Shown here: piece after piece, positions 32,433-43,700 of the stretch | Layout: every line of letters starts with the position of its first letter | Position numbering within the stretch: the stretch's first letter is position 1 | Source: an uncultured cyanobacterium | GTDB taxonomy: Bacteria; Cyanobacteriota; Cyanobacteriia; PCC-9006; JAAUQQ01 | Reading direction: 5' to 3' | Assembly: GCA_963718615.1 (NCBI GenBank) | Contig: OY970368.1 | Coordinates: 4,320,001-4,384,000 of the forward strand | Length of the DNA stretch: 64,000 bases | Program-made: the position numbers and the translations under genes | The notes under the pieces: model-generated | The model's database searches: none | What the model saw: only the letters and a program-made list of their open reading frames with translations | What the model was told of the DNA's origin: nothing

Positions 32433-33512
32433 CTAAAGGGATTGCTCTTTTTGCAAAACCTCTAAAATCGTTAGGTAAGCTTGAGGTTTGCCATCGTAGG
32501 CTGTGCCGTATTCGCCCTTTAAAAGATGGGATCGAGCAATATCATAGGCTTCTGGGACGAGAGGAATATAATCCGTGGCGGAAACAATCCTAGAACTGTT
32601 TTCCATGTAAAACTTTACGAACTCCTGTAATTCTTCATTAGCCTGGGCTGATTTGCCATTGACGTAAATGAATAGGGGGCGAGACAAAGGTTGGTAAAGG
32701 GCCTTTTCCACTGCTTCTGCTGAAGGGGTAACCGCCTCTGTTAGGCTACCTTGGCTATCATCTGCGATCGCTACAACCTTGAGGCGATCGCGATTCTTTT
32801 CATAGTAAGAAAAACCAAAGAATCCTAACGCATTGGGATCTTGAGCAACACCTGCAACCAGGTCATTGTCATCTTCACTCCCTGTATAATCTCCTCGAAG
32901 GGAAGCCTCTCCTGTAATAACTTCGGCAAAGTAGTCATAAGTCCCAGAATCCTGTCCTGGTCCATAAAGCTGGATCGGTTTCTTAGGAAAATCAGGACGA
33001 ACTTGGTCCCAGGTTAGAATTTTTCCCTGAGCCGCAGTTTCCCAGATTTTCTTCAATTCTGACACCGTTAACTCTTGAACCCAGCTATTTTGAGGATGGA
33101 CAACGACGGCAAGAGCATCAAAAGCAATGGGCAACTCAATAAAGGGAACACCAGCCGTGCGACAAGCGGAGAGTTCTGCCGAGGAGATAGGACGAGAGGC
33201 ATTGCTAATGTCGGTTTCGCCCGCACAAAACTTCCGAAAGCCACCCGTTGTTCCTGAAAACTGTATGTCAATCTCTACATTAGGGTTTGCCTTTTTGAAG
33301 GCTTCCGCAGCCATTTGGGTAATGGGATAAACCGTACTCGAACCATCTGCTTTTACCCCAGAGGATGATAGTAATTCAGAGTTACTTTGAGGTTGTGGAG
33401 AATCAGACCGATCAGAACTTGCTGGACTCGAAGCACTACAACCAGTGGCTAAAAGGCTAAGGGCGATCGCTATTCTAGCTAACTTTACGGCTACTTGAGT
33501 GTGAATTATCAT
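32433..33512 (-). CDS. pstS: Second PstS-family phosphate-binding lipoprotein
   Basis: Lipobox ATGC, DGSSTVYP, SGTTGGFRKFC, YQPLSRPLFIY. Confidence 0.9.
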   Translation of the reverse strand: MIIHTQVAVKLARIAIALSLLATGCSASSPASSDRSDSPQPQSNSELLSSSGVKADGSSTVYPITQMAAEAFKKANPNVEIDIQFSGTTGGFRKFCAGETDISNASRPISSAELSACRTAGVPFIELPIAFDALAVVVHPQNSWVQELTVSELKKIWETAAQGKILTWDQVRPDFPKKPIQLYGPGQDSGTYDYFAEVITGEASLRGDYTGSEDDNDLVAGVAQDPNALGFFGFSYYEKNRDRLKVVAIADDSQGSLTEAVTPSAEAVEKALYQPLSRPLFIYVNGKSAQANEELQEFVKFYMENSSRIVSATDYIPLVPEAYDIARSHLLKGEYGTAYDGKPQAYLTILEVLQKEQSL

Positions 33513-33600
33513 TTTTTGCTTCCTACTAAATAGCTTGTTTCTAAGTCATTCGATGACTGACCGCAAGTGCTCTAGCTCACTATTTACTAAAGTTAAAACC

Positions 33601-34260
33601 TTAGTTTTTTTGTTTTAGCTGTTCTTTTCGTTCACTGTACCGATCCGTCAGATAATCAGTTTGCCCCCGAAGCAGCAGTGTGAATTTGAAGAGCTCTTCC
33701 ATCACATCAATGACGCGATCGCGATAGGCCGAATCCTTCATCGTGCCATCCTCATGGAATTCCTGATAAGCCTTCGCCACGGACGATTGATTCGGAATCG
33801 TAAACATTCGCATCCAGCGTCCCAATAACCTCATCGTATTGACCGCATTAAACGACTGCGAACCACCACTCACTTGCATCACAGCCAAAGTCCGCCCTTG
33901 GGTAGGCCGAACTGCACCGATATTGAGGGGAATCCAGTCAATTTGGTTTTTCAGAATGCCCGAAATCTGGCCGTGCAGTTCTGGGCTAGACCACACTTGT
34001 CCCTCAGACCATTGGCTCAATGCTCGTAGTTCTTGTACCTTAGGGTGGGTATCAGGAACGCTGTTGTAAATGGGTAACTCACGTGGGTCAAAAAAACGAA
34101 CTTCAGCGCCAAAACTGGCAATAATCCGGGCTGCTTCTTCAGCTAATAAACGGCTATAGGAACGTTCGCGCAAAGAACCATAGAGGAACAAAATACGCGG
34201 GGGGCGATCGCGATTTTGATCCCAATTCTGAAATTGAGGGACAAGATGAGGGTCAAGCAT
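33601..34260 (-). CDS. arsH: Arsenical resistance protein ArsH
   Basis: [36 protein letters not shown]. Confidence 0.96.
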   Translation of the reverse strand: MLDPHLVPQFQNWDQNRDRPPRILFLYGSLRERSYSRLLAEEAARIIASFGAEVRFFDPRELPIYNSVPDTHPKVQELRALSQWSEGQVWSSPELHGQISGILKNQIDWIPLNIGAVRPTQGRTLAVMQVSGGSQSFNAVNTMRLLGRWMRMFTIPNQSSVAKAYQEFHEDGTMKDSAYRDRVIDVMEELFKFTLLLRGQTDYLTDRYSERKEQLKQKN

Positions 34261-34308
34261 AGTTGATGTTCAGGCCGTAACAAGGCAGTAGCGTACTCGG
34301 CGATATTT

Positions 34309-34704
34309 TTACTCGGCGATACTTTCCAACAGGGTTGCAACCCGCGCTTTAATTTCATCCCGAACCCTGGGAAAAATCTCCGGCTGTTCTGCCGGATCAT
34401 CCAGTTGCCAATCTTCAAAGACTTCGCGTAACACCCAGGCTTCTGGCAGGTTGACACCGCAACCACAGAGCGAAATTACTACATCAAAGTCTTCAGGATT
34501 GAAGGCAGCCAATGGGTCAGAGGTTTGATTGCTGATGTCGATGCCGATGTCCGCCATGGTGGCGATCGCCTCCGGCCTCACCTGACTGGCTTCTAAGCCT
34601 GAGCTAGTCACTGCAATTTTTCCGGCCCCCAAGGTCTTGGCAAATCCTTCCGCCATCTGGGACCGAGCGGAGTTCTTTTTGCAGACAAACATGACTTTTT
34701 TCAT
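34309..34704 (-). CDS. arsC: Arsenate reductase, cyanobacterial LMWP-fold type (start 34704)
   Basis: MKKVMFVCKKNSARSQMAEG, SLCGCGVNLP, DWQLDDP. Confidence 0.93.
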   Translation of the reverse strand: MKKVMFVCKKNSARSQMAEGFAKTLGAGKIAVTSSGLEASQVRPEAIATMADIGIDISNQTSDPLAAFNPEDFDVVISLCGCGVNLPEAWVLREVFEDWQLDDPAEQPEIFPRVRDEIKARVATLLESIAE

Positions 34705-34804
34705 GGAATTGATCTCCTTGAAAAGGAGTTTGAATTGAGCTTGAATTGAATTTGAATCAAACTTAAATTGAGTTCGCAATCTATTTTGAGCTGATACTCA
34801 GAAT

Positions 34805-35956
34805 TTAAGAATTCCAGCCACTGGGAACACAACGGGGATCGGGCAGGGTCGCCTTTTCGGGCTCTCGCGGGAACCAAAAGGCCGTTCGCTTACACACCTC
34901 GACCAACATGAGCATGAGGGGAACTTCGATCAAGACGCCCACCACCGTTGCCAGGGCTGCGCCGGAGTTGAGGCCAAAGAGGATGATGGCGGTGGCGATC
35001 GCCACTTCAAAGTGATTGCTAGCTCCAATCAAAGCGGCGGGCGCTGCATCTTCGTAAGTCAACTTCAGCTTCTGTGCCGCAACGTAACTCATGAGAAAAA
35101 TAAAGTTCGTTTGAATGAACAGAGGAACTGCAATCAACAGAATATGAAGTGGATGCTTGAGAATCAGTTCTCCTTTGAATGCAAACAGCAAGACTAAAGT
35201 CACTAGCATTGCCGTAATGGCGATCGGCGTGAGATATTGCAAAAACCGTTGCTCAAACCAGGTTCGTCCTTTGTGTTGCAAAATCCAATGCCGGGAAACC
35301 ACGCCTGCCAACAATGGAAAACCTACATAAATTAATACCGAAAGCACAATCGTTTGCCAAGGAACTGTCAGATTATTTGCGGCGAGGAGCCATCGCCCTA
35401 AGGGCGCATAAAGAAACAGCATGGCCAGCGAATTAATTGCAACCATCACCAGCGTATGCCCCTGATTGCTGTAGGACAAATAACCCCACATCAAAACCAT
35501 GGCTGTACAAGGTGCAATGCCTAACAGAATCGTCCCGGCAATATAGGAATCTACCAAGGGCACATCAACCCCGCGAATTAGCTCTGTTCCCACCATCAGG
35601 GGGCGAAAAAGCCAACCTAAAAAGAATTGGGAAAAGGCCACCATCGTAAAGGGCTTAATCAGCCAATTCACCACCAAGGTTAAGAGCACAGGTTTCGGTG
35701 TCCGAGCCGCTTGCTTGGCCTGGGAAAAATCGATTTTGACCATGATGGGATACATCATGAAAAATAGGCAGATGGCAATGGGAATGGAAACCTGATAAAG
35801 GCTCATGGAATCCAGTGCCACGGCAACGCCAGGGAACAAACGCCCGAAGATTACGCCAGCCACAATGCACAGAAAAACCCAAACCGTCAGATAGCGCTCA
35901 AAAAAGCTCAGCCGCCCGCCTGCTTGCACAGGAGGGGGTTGCATAGAGTGGGCCAT
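34805..35956 (-). CDS. acr3: ACR3 arsenite efflux transporter
   Basis: [33 protein letters not shown]. Confidence 0.95.
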   Translation of the reverse strand: MAHSMQPPPVQAGGRLSFFERYLTVWVFLCIVAGVIFGRLFPGVAVALDSMSLYQVSIPIAICLFFMMYPIMVKIDFSQAKQAARTPKPVLLTLVVNWLIKPFTMVAFSQFFLGWLFRPLMVGTELIRGVDVPLVDSYIAGTILLGIAPCTAMVLMWGYLSYSNQGHTLVMVAINSLAMLFLYAPLGRWLLAANNLTVPWQTIVLSVLIYVGFPLLAGVVSRHWILQHKGRTWFEQRFLQYLTPIAITAMLVTLVLLFAFKGELILKHPLHILLIAVPLFIQTNFIFLMSYVAAQKLKLTYEDAAPAALIGASNHFEVAIATAIILFGLNSGAALATVVGVLIEVPLMLMLVEVCKRTAFWFPREPEKATLPDPRCVPSGWNS

Positions 35957-35988
35957 AGAGACTCCCTAACATCATCACTCTAGTTCAT

Positions 35989-36004
35989 ATCAAAAAAAAT
36001 TGAT
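35989..36004. promoter_or_regulatory. ArsR operator ATCAA-N6-TTGAT
   Basis: Palindrome between divergent acr3 and arsR; resembles the cyanobacterial ArsR box. Confidence 0.75.
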
Positions 36005-36112
36005 TTGTGAAACCGTAGTCAGTTATTCTGTATCTACGTGGTAATCAGGCTGGAGAGTAGCCTTCTCGTCGGGGATTGGCCTATCATAGGAGCGTCGGTG
36101 ATTTCTCAACCT

Positions 36113-36457
36113 ATGACACCAGCCTCTAGTCCAGCCTCTAGCTTAAAATCAACTTCTCTTGAATTGGGCTTTAAGGCGCTGTCGGATCCGCTGCGGATTC
36201 AGATTATAGAGTTGCTGAGGCATCAAGAAGTTTGCGTTTGTGATTTGGGCGATCGCCTCCAAGTCGGTCAGTCCAAAATTTCGTTTCATCTCAAGGTTTT
36301 AAAAGAGGCTGAACTATTGCGCGCACGCCAGCAGGGCAAGTGGACCTACTACAGCCTTAACTTGCCCCAGTTCGCCCAATTAGAGCAGTACCTGTCAGAA
36401 TTCCGACGCCTGAGCCCCATGCTGCCCGCTCGGGCCTGCGAAGAGGATGAGTGCTAG
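36113..36457 (+). CDS. arsR: ArsR/SmtB family repressor
   Basis: FKALSDPLR, EVCVCDL, QSKISFHLKVL. Confidence 0.92.
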   Translation: MTPASSPASSLKSTSLELGFKALSDPLRIQIIELLRHQEVCVCDLGDRLQVGQSKISFHLKVLKEAELLRARQQGKWTYYSLNLPQFAQLEQYLSEFRRLSPMLPARACEEDEC

Positions 36458-36492
36458 GGCAACGATATGGCTTGAATCTTGAGTTTGAATCT

Positions 36493-37359
36493 TTAGAATG
36501 ACGAAACATCCGCAGCGGTAATGCGATTGAGGTCTTTGTCGATGGTGACTAGGCGATCGATGCGATCGCGGGTCGAAGGATGGGTGGAAAACAGATTGGC
36601 AAAAATGTTACGCGCCGGACCATTCATAATCAGCAGCGGTTGAAATGCCGGATTGCCTTCAAGGGGCAAAGACTGGGCTCCAGCTTCCAGCCGTTGCAGC
36701 GCGCGAGCCAAGGCCCGAGGATTGCGCGTTAACCTTGCTGCACCTTCATCGGCGGAAAATTCGCGGGTGCGGGAGATGCCCATTTGAATGACCGTCGCCG
36801 CCACCGGAGCCAACAACACGGATAACAACATCACAAAGGGATTGGTGCCTTCGTTATCACGGCTGCCCCCAAAGAAAAATGCCATTTGCGCCAGCCAAGA
36901 AATTGCCCCAGCAACCGTTGCGGCAACGGCTTGGGTCAGGGTATCGCGATTGTAAATGTGGCTGAGCTCATGGGCAATGACGCCTTCCAGTTCATCCTCC
37001 GGCAGCATGCGCAAAATCCCCTCGGTGACGGCAACCGCCGCGTGCTGAGGGTCGCGACCAGTTGCAAAGGCATTGGCGGCGGGACTGGGAACGATGTAAA
37101 TCCTAGGCATCGGCATTTCAGCGGTTTGTGTCAGCCGCTGCACGATGCGATAGAGCTGGGGAAATTGAGTCGCGGTGACGGGTTGGGCGCGATAGGCGGA
37201 GAGGGCGAGGCGATCGGAATAGAACCAGGAGCCTAGGTTCATCACCGCAGCCATGATCAGGCCAAGAAAGGCACCGCCGCTGCCCCCCATCAGATTACCC
37301 ACAGCCACGAGGATACCGCTCAGCAGTGCCAGCAGCGCCAGGGTTTTGAATTGGTTCAT
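36493..37359 (-). CDS. htpX: HtpX-like M48 zinc metalloprotease
   Basis: NAFATGRDP, HELSH, SRTREFSAD, FSTHP. Confidence 0.92.
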   Translation of the reverse strand: MNQFKTLALLALLSGILVAVGNLMGGSGGAFLGLIMAAVMNLGSWFYSDRLALSAYRAQPVTATQFPQLYRIVQRLTQTAEMPMPRIYIVPSPAANAFATGRDPQHAAVAVTEGILRMLPEDELEGVIAHELSHIYNRDTLTQAVAATVAGAISWLAQMAFFFGGSRDNEGTNPFVMLLSVLLAPVAATVIQMGISRTREFSADEGAARLTRNPRALARALQRLEAGAQSLPLEGNPAFQPLLIMNGPARNIFANLFSTHPSTRDRIDRLVTIDKDLNRITAADVSSF

Positions 37360-37502
37360 GGACGCTTCTCCCGGTTTTGAAGCCCGAAAAGTTTGAGGTA
37401 AAGGGGATGGATTCCCTGACCCTATTGTAAAAATCCTTTCGGCAAATAGGAGGGTTGAAAACCGATCCGGCGATCTTTCAGGCGATCTTTTAGGCAACCT
37501 TT

Positions 37503-38570
37503 TTAGGCAACCTTGCGGCGATCGCGACGACGTCCTACAAACCCAACTAGGGCAAAAAGACTGGCGATCGCGCCTCCCGCTTCTGGCACCGCCTGGGGCG
37601 GTTGGGGCTGACTTGCTTCCAATGCTAACAGGGCCTGAGCCGCAATGATTTGATGACCCTTCGTGGTCGGGTGCAAATCATCCCAAAATAGCGAGGTTTC
37701 ACCACAGGCCGCTAGGGTCGCCGGATCAGAGATGGTGTTGTCTGCAATTTGAGCCAATGTAAAGCAGGGCGCGTCGGCTTGGGTAAAGCCAAAGGCGGTC
37801 GGATTTTGTTGAACTTCCGTAAAAATACTGGTGATATCAAAGGGCACAAGCTGAATATCGCTATGGGCGAGCTCAAATTGATTCAGCACCGTCGTCAGCC
37901 CCTGATTATGGGCGGCGCTCAGGGCACTTAAGGGACCCGGTGCAATGGCCTGCCCCAGGGGCGTGTTGCCGAGGTCGGGTAAATTGGCCACGAGGAAATT
38001 GCGCGCGCCGCTGGCATACAGGTCGTTCAAAGCATTGCTGATATTCGTCAAGGGAATCTGCGGATTGGTTTGGCCGCCGCCGAGATAATCATTCGCTCCA
38101 GCCCAATAGATGTAGAGCGCCTCCTCCGTTGCACTCGGCCCAGCGGCATTGATAAAGGTTTGATAAGCTGCTAATTCGGTGGCGACACCGGGAAGGGCAG
38201 GGCTGCCAACGGGTTTGAGCGGGTTGTCGTCGTTAGAGTTGGTGTTGTCGGTGTTGGCTCCGGCGATCGCAAAGTTAATCCCCTGACTGGCTGACAGCGG
38301 ATTTGTCTGAGCCTCCAAAATCCGCGCGGGCGAGAGGCCTAAATCATCGGCTAAATACTCAACCCAAACGGGGCCATTGCTCGTGCGACCGTCTACATAG
38401 GGCGGTGGCGGGAACGTGTCTCCTGAAAAGTCAAACAGGTTGCCGGGGTCCGAAAGGCTGTCTCCAAAGACGTAGAGGCGATCGAAATTCAGTGAAGCGG
38501 CTTCGCTAGGCAAGGCGGGCAGGAGCAACAAAACCGTCAAGCCAGTCAAAAGGGCAGGGGCTGATTTCAT
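37503..38570 (-). CDS. SGNH/GDSL hydrolase with PEP-CTERM-like tail
   Basis: FGDSLSD, GANDY, FWDDLHPT, VPEA + TM + Arg-rich end. Confidence 0.9.
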   Translation of the reverse strand: MKSAPALLTGLTVLLLLPALPSEAASLNFDRLYVFGDSLSDPGNLFDFSGDTFPPPPYVDGRTSNGPVWVEYLADDLGLSPARILEAQTNPLSASQGINFAIAGANTDNTNSNDDNPLKPVGSPALPGVATELAAYQTFINAAGPSATEEALYIYWAGANDYLGGGQTNPQIPLTNISNALNDLYASGARNFLVANLPDLGNTPLGQAIAPGPLSALSAAHNQGLTTVLNQFELAHSDIQLVPFDITSIFTEVQQNPTAFGFTQADAPCFTLAQIADNTISDPATLAACGETSLFWDDLHPTTKGHQIIAAQALLALEASQPQPPQAVPEAGGAIASLFALVGFVGRRRDRRKVA

Positions 38571-38731
38571 GGGGAAAAACCTGCGGGAGCAGGCTAGACA
38601 AGGGGGCGTTCGGACATACGAGTCTTGGCCGATGCAATCCAGCAGGGAGATTTATCCGATTCTAGTGAAGGTCTAGAGGGTGCGTCGAGGGTATTTTTGT
38701 TAAGTTCTTTGTCTCCTGTCTTAGAAAAGGT

Positions 38732-39590
38732 GGTAGTCCAATTATGTGGGTGCTGGAGAGAATGAAGCGGCATGAGCCTGCTTAAGGCGCAATTGCTGGT
38801 TGTAATGGTGAACGAAATTCCAGATCGCAGCCTCGTGGTTCTCTTGTTTCTTTGAAAACGAGAGCGCCTTTCGGACCAAGCGCGACACCCTTTGCCGCAG
38901 GGTGCAGTTGAACCTCTCGATGTAGCTCGTCAGCCCGCTTTCTTTCCCAACCGCTCGGTGGCGTTGGCTAGGAAGCACACAGGCATAGCTCTCCCAATAA
39001 TCGGTGTAGATGACTGCACATTGGCGGTACACTCCCGGTAGAGACCGCCATAAAGCTTCGGCAGATTTAGCACTTCGGTCCCCGATATAAAGGCCAATGA
39101 TTTCGCGAGTGTCCGCATCTAGAGCAATCCAAACCCACTGTTTATTTCCTTTATGGTCCACGAACGACCAGAGTTCGTCCATCTGGACCGTCAGAGCTTT
39201 TTTACTTTCTTCGTCACTTCCACCTCCCGAGCAACGGTTTTAGCTTTGGCGTTGACGTAGGTCTGAATGCAGCTCTCGGAGCGCTGCATCACCCGAGCAA
39301 TTCCAGCAATGGCCAGCCTTTCAAGCAATAAACGTTCGAGCAAGGCTATCTCTTCATCGCTCAAGGGAAGGGATTTCGGAGTCAGGACAAACCGGCGATG
39401 GCAATCTCGACATTTATAGCTTTGAGTACCGCGATCGTTGAAGCCGTTACGGCTGATATCTTCAGATAGACAGTTAGGACAATGAAGCAGCTCTTGAGTC
39501 ATCGCAATTGGCACAGAAGGGTCTTACCCAGTTTGCTTTTTCTTTCTCTAATGGCCACAACATACTCATCCCCCAGCTAAAGGCACTACC
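38732..39590 (-). mobile_element. IS1-family insertion sequence
   Basis: Ends GGTAGT.../...ACTACC; 8-bp target duplication GAAAAGGT at 38724-38731 and 39591-39598. Confidence 0.92.
38742..39514 (-). CDS. IS1 transposase InsA (39191-39514) + InsB (38742-39182), probable -1 frameshift at A AAA AAG
   Basis: CPNC..CRDC Zn ribbon; MDELWSFV, YTDYW, IERFNCTLRQR. Confidence 0.9.
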
Positions 39591-39628
39591 GAAAAGGTTA
39601 GAGACCGAGTGATTCAGAAAATAATTCT

Positions 39629-40138
39629 TTACTTGTCAGATTTGTTAGACTCAGATGATTTGCTGGGTTGAGTGAGTTCTTTCAGCGCAGTTCCGCCTAA
39701 AAGAGCTGCCCCTGTAGTGAGAAGACTAATGGGTACTCTTGCTTCTTTATCCTTAATTGCGACGGAAAATCCAAGGGATGCAACAAAAAGACAGGAAAAA
39801 GCGGTCATTGCCCAAGCAAGATGTTTCTGATTCCCTTGGCGAATTTCGCGTTGCTCGATGTTGCGGTTTTCTTCCTTTCGTTCTTCTAGGGCAAGGGTTT
39901 TGAGCGCTAATTCATGTTTTTGATCAATTTCCTTTTCCCGTAACTGCTGTTCCTTTTCCTTGAGTTTTTGTTCTTCGGCGATGCGATCGCGCTGATAGGC
40001 AATGATTTGCTCAATCGCGCTCGGGTCTCCAGCTTGGAGCTTAGCCAGCAAGGCAGGATAAAGCAAATCACCCAGATTACCCTGAGGTTCGGCCCTGACA
40101 ATTTCACTTTGGATGGGGCTATCTGCTGCGCCGGTCAT
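39629..40138 (-). CDS. Coiled-coil + 2-TM hypothetical protein (DUF2335-like architecture)
   Basis: Charged coiled coil followed by two hydrophobic segments; ATGA overlap with the upstream gene. Confidence 0.7.
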   Translation of the reverse strand: MTGAADSPIQSEIVRAEPQGNLGDLLYPALLAKLQAGDPSAIEQIIAYQRDRIAEEQKLKEKEQQLREKEIDQKHELALKTLALEERKEENRNIEQREIRQGNQKHLAWAMTAFSCLFVASLGFSVAIKDKEARVPISLLTTGAALLGGTALKELTQPSKSSESNKSDK

Positions 40139-40758
40139 ACAGTGAATCCTGCAAAGAAATCATTAATCAATTGACTTCCAAGATAAGCAGCATAGGCGAC
40201 CTGATAATTTTCATTGTTGGGAATCATGACGTAGGCATCGGATTCACCGGGATTGCAGCGATCGCGGGTCACCACCCAGTTTGGATTAAGCCGCTTTAAG
40301 TCGGCGATATAGGTTTGGAAATAGTTGCGATCGCGATCCGAGGCATCAACAGGCAGCACAAAACGTTTGATGCTTGGGGCTGTTAGGGGTGGGGGGGTGG
40401 GTTGAGGAACCTGAGATTGGGTTTGAGGTTGCTGATGATGGAGTGAAGGTTCAGCGCTGAAGGATTGGGGGGGTGTCCCGGTGAACTGGGTAACGGTTTG
40501 AAGTTGATCGGTCTCAAAACTGAGTCGTTTTTGGCGATCGCCCCCATCCCGGCGCAGCAGCTTCCGAGCAGTACGATAGGCAGTGTTAAGTTGGGGGTGT
40601 TGTTGGGCGATCGCCTTCAATTCCGATATATGCTGATCCAGTTCTTTCTCGAGTGCCCATACATCCTTAGGCAGCTCGGTGCCTTCCTCGCGGCAGGTTT
40701 CGAGGGCGATCGCGAAGGCATCAACAGCGAGCTGGTCGAGTGGGCTGAGGGTGGACAT
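40135..40758 (-). CDS. Hypothetical protein directly downstream of the CHAT gene
   Basis: Starts 3 nt after the CHAT stop; helical N-domain, Q/P-rich linker, small C-domain. Confidence 0.72.
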   Translation of the reverse strand: MSTLSPLDQLAVDAFAIALETCREEGTELPKDVWALEKELDQHISELKAIAQQHPQLNTAYRTARKLLRRDGGDRQKRLSFETDQLQTVTQFTGTPPQSFSAEPSLHHQQPQTQSQVPQPTPPPLTAPSIKRFVLPVDASDRDRNYFQTYIADLKRLNPNWVVTRDRCNPGESDAYVMIPNNENYQVAYAAYLGSQLINDFFAGFTV

Positions 40759-40761
40759 GGT

Positions 40762-43700
40762 TTAGGCTCCGGTGCCGGTGAGCGTGAAGGCGGCCCAGTA
40801 GTAGGGATGACCATACCGGATCTGCTCTGGCTCCATTGTATCAAGGTCCCCTTGTTCCTCCTCCAGGAATTCCCGTACGTTTGCCGGGAGGTCGAGGCGG
40901 AGCCATTGGTCGTAGCGGGTTTTGAGCTGGGCGACGGTGAGGCTGGGCAGGGTTTGGCGGCTGTGGTGGAGGGCGGCGACGGGGCCAAGCTGGGGGTGTT
41001 GCTGGAGATGGCGATAGAATTCGACCATGAAGACCATGCTGGCGGCGGATTCCACGGTCCAGATGGTGCTGAGGACGTGGGGAATGCCCTGGGCCAGGAG
41101 GGCGCTGGTGAGGCCGACGTATTCGGCGGTGATGGTTTGGTTGCCGCTGAGGGCGGTTTCGCAACTGGCGAGGGTGATGAGGCTGTAGCTGCGCAGGGAG
41201 ATTTGGCGCAGGTCTTGGACGGTGAGGAGGTCGGTGTTGGCGAGGGCGAGGGCGGATTGTTTGGGGTCGTCAAAGTTGTAGCTGGCGTGGCCGTTGAAGT
41301 GGAGGATTTGGTGGCCCTGGGCGAGGGCGGTTTGGACGGTGGTCTTGTGGGCGTCGGGGGCGGAGATGGGTGTGATGCTGTGGGTGGGGCGAAGGAGGGC
41401 TTGGATCAGGTGGGTTTCGGCTTCGGCGTGGTAAAGCGCGGCCAAGCCTTCATGGTTGGGTGCGCTAATCGTTAAAGCCGTCGGTTGCGGTAGGGACGAA
41501 CAGCGGTTCGTCCGGCTGTTGGTTTCGCCCGGTGCCCCCATGGGTGGACGCAACAGTTGACCCATCTGGAGGCTGGGGAGAACGGTGGTTTGATATTCGG
41601 TAAAGAAGGCGTGGAGGGGCAGGCGGTGGAGGTCGCGGTGGGGAATGAGGGTGAGGTGGGTGATTTCGGGGGGAAGTTGGGTTTTGAGCGCGTCGATTTG
41701 GAGGATTTGGGCCAGTTGGTTCAGTTGGTCCGGTAGGGTGTTGTACCAATCCGATTTTGGGTGCTTGGGCTGGGTTTTGCTTTTGTCAATATGGTTTTTG
41801 TAGCCTTGGTTCCAGGTTTTGAGCCAGGTTTCGAGCTGGGTGATTTGTTGGAGGGCGGTTTGGGGGGTGGGTGGGGTGATGGGGTGGGGGGTGATGGGGT
41901 GGTTGGGCCGCAGGAGGAAGGGGGTGAGGCGGTTGGGGCTATGGTGCCAGTAGAGGATGGCTTGATGGGGTGGCAGTTGCTGATGAATCTGTTGGATTTG
42001 GTCGGGGCTGAGGCTGGGGGCTGGGGCTTCGGCGAGGAGCCAGGTCATGAGGGCGTTTTTGTCGGCTTCGGCGGTGGCGAGGGCGGTGAGGGGGTTGCCT
42101 TGGCGCAGGTGGAAATCGACGGTGAGTTGGTTGAAGTTGGGAAGGGTGCGTTCTAAAAGTTCTTTTTTCTCTTCGGTTATTGCTTGGCTAATGATTTTGT
42201 CGCGTAGCCCGCTGCCTCGGCGGAGAAGAGCCTCAATGGTTTCGATGGGATCGTTGAGTAGCAAATGAGTATGGGCGACTCCCCAGAGAACGGAAAGAAA
42301 ATCTTCTGGGTAGAAATGCTGATCAATATTTTTTTCGGCTTTGTAGTAGCTGCGAAGTGCTTCGCGCCATTCGGGCATAGGGTTGGCTTTGTCCGCATGT
42401 TTAAGGTAAGCATTTCCTAATGCCAGTTGAATTTTGCCAAAACCGTAAGTCTTTTCAGACAAGTGAGGTATGGCCTTTTTCAGAGCTTCAACATGGGATT
42501 TTCGGGGTTGTGGATCGAGGTTTTGTCTGCGAATTTGTTCTAGAAGCGGCAGATTGAGAGGATTACCTAACCGACAAAACGCTGTTCCTCGGTTGAACCA
42601 GGCTTCGTGATTGTCCGGTTTGATTTCGAGCGCTTTGTCGTAGCTGGCGATCGCTTCCTCATAGCGGCCTAAGTTACCGAGTGAATTGCCCCGGTTGTAA
42701 CAGGCTTCGTGATAGTCCGGTTTGATTTCGATGGCTTTGTCGTAGCTGGCGATCGCTTCCTCATAGCGGCCTAATTTATGGAGTGAATTGCCCCGGTTGT
42801 TCCAGGCTTCGTGCAAGTCCGGTTTGATTTCGAGGGCTTTGTCGTAGCTGGCGAGCGCTTCCTCATTTCGGCCTAAGTTACCGAGTGAATTGCCCCGGTT
42901 GTAACAGGCTTCGTGATAGTCCGGTTTGATTTCGATGGCTTTGTCAAAGCTGGCGAGCGCTTCCTCATTTCGGCCTAATTTATGGAGTGAAATGCCCCGG
43001 TTGTTCCAGGCTTCGTGATAGTCCGGTTTGATTTCGACGGCTTTGTCGTAGCTGGCGATCGCTTCCTCATAGCGGCCTAAGTTACCGAGTGAATTGCCCC
43101 GGTTGTAACAGGCTTCGTGAGAGTCGGGTTTGATGGCTAGCGCTTCGTCGTAGCTGGCGATCGCTTCCTCATATCGACCTAAGTCATCGAGTGAATTGCC
43201 CCGGTTGGTCCAGGCTTTGTGAAAATTTGGTTGTAATTCAATTGCTTGCTCGAAGCTCCTTAGCGCATTCTGATGAGCATCCAAAAAAGTAAGACTATCT
43301 CCCTCCGCGCTCCAAAGTCGCCCTATTTGCCTGCAAATTTCTGCTTTTTGTTCATCGGTCTGAACATCATGTAAAAGTTGATTTAGCTGGATAATTTTGG
43401 ATTGCCTTTCCTGTGAGCTAAAAGCACAATAAGAGCTCCACTCCTGATCCCCCAAAATAGTTGTAAGATCAAGATTGTTCTCCATCTCCAGCTTTTCCAC
43501 CTCCGGCTCCGCCGCCCGCACCAACACCCCCGCCACCTGACTCAACCCCTCCAACCCCAACCCCGCCAAAACCCGCAACGCCTCCAACCGCTCCGCCGAA
43601 GCCTCTTCCACCCAAAACCCCGGCAACCCCTCCGCCAACACCGCCCCCTTCACCCCCCGCACCATCAACCACCCCTTCACCCGACCCGCACTCACATCCG

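Noticed and set aside
40465-41475. 336-aa + strand ORF
   Set aside because: Antisense shadow of the CHAT domain; Gly-rich from the local G skew, with no recognisable motifs.
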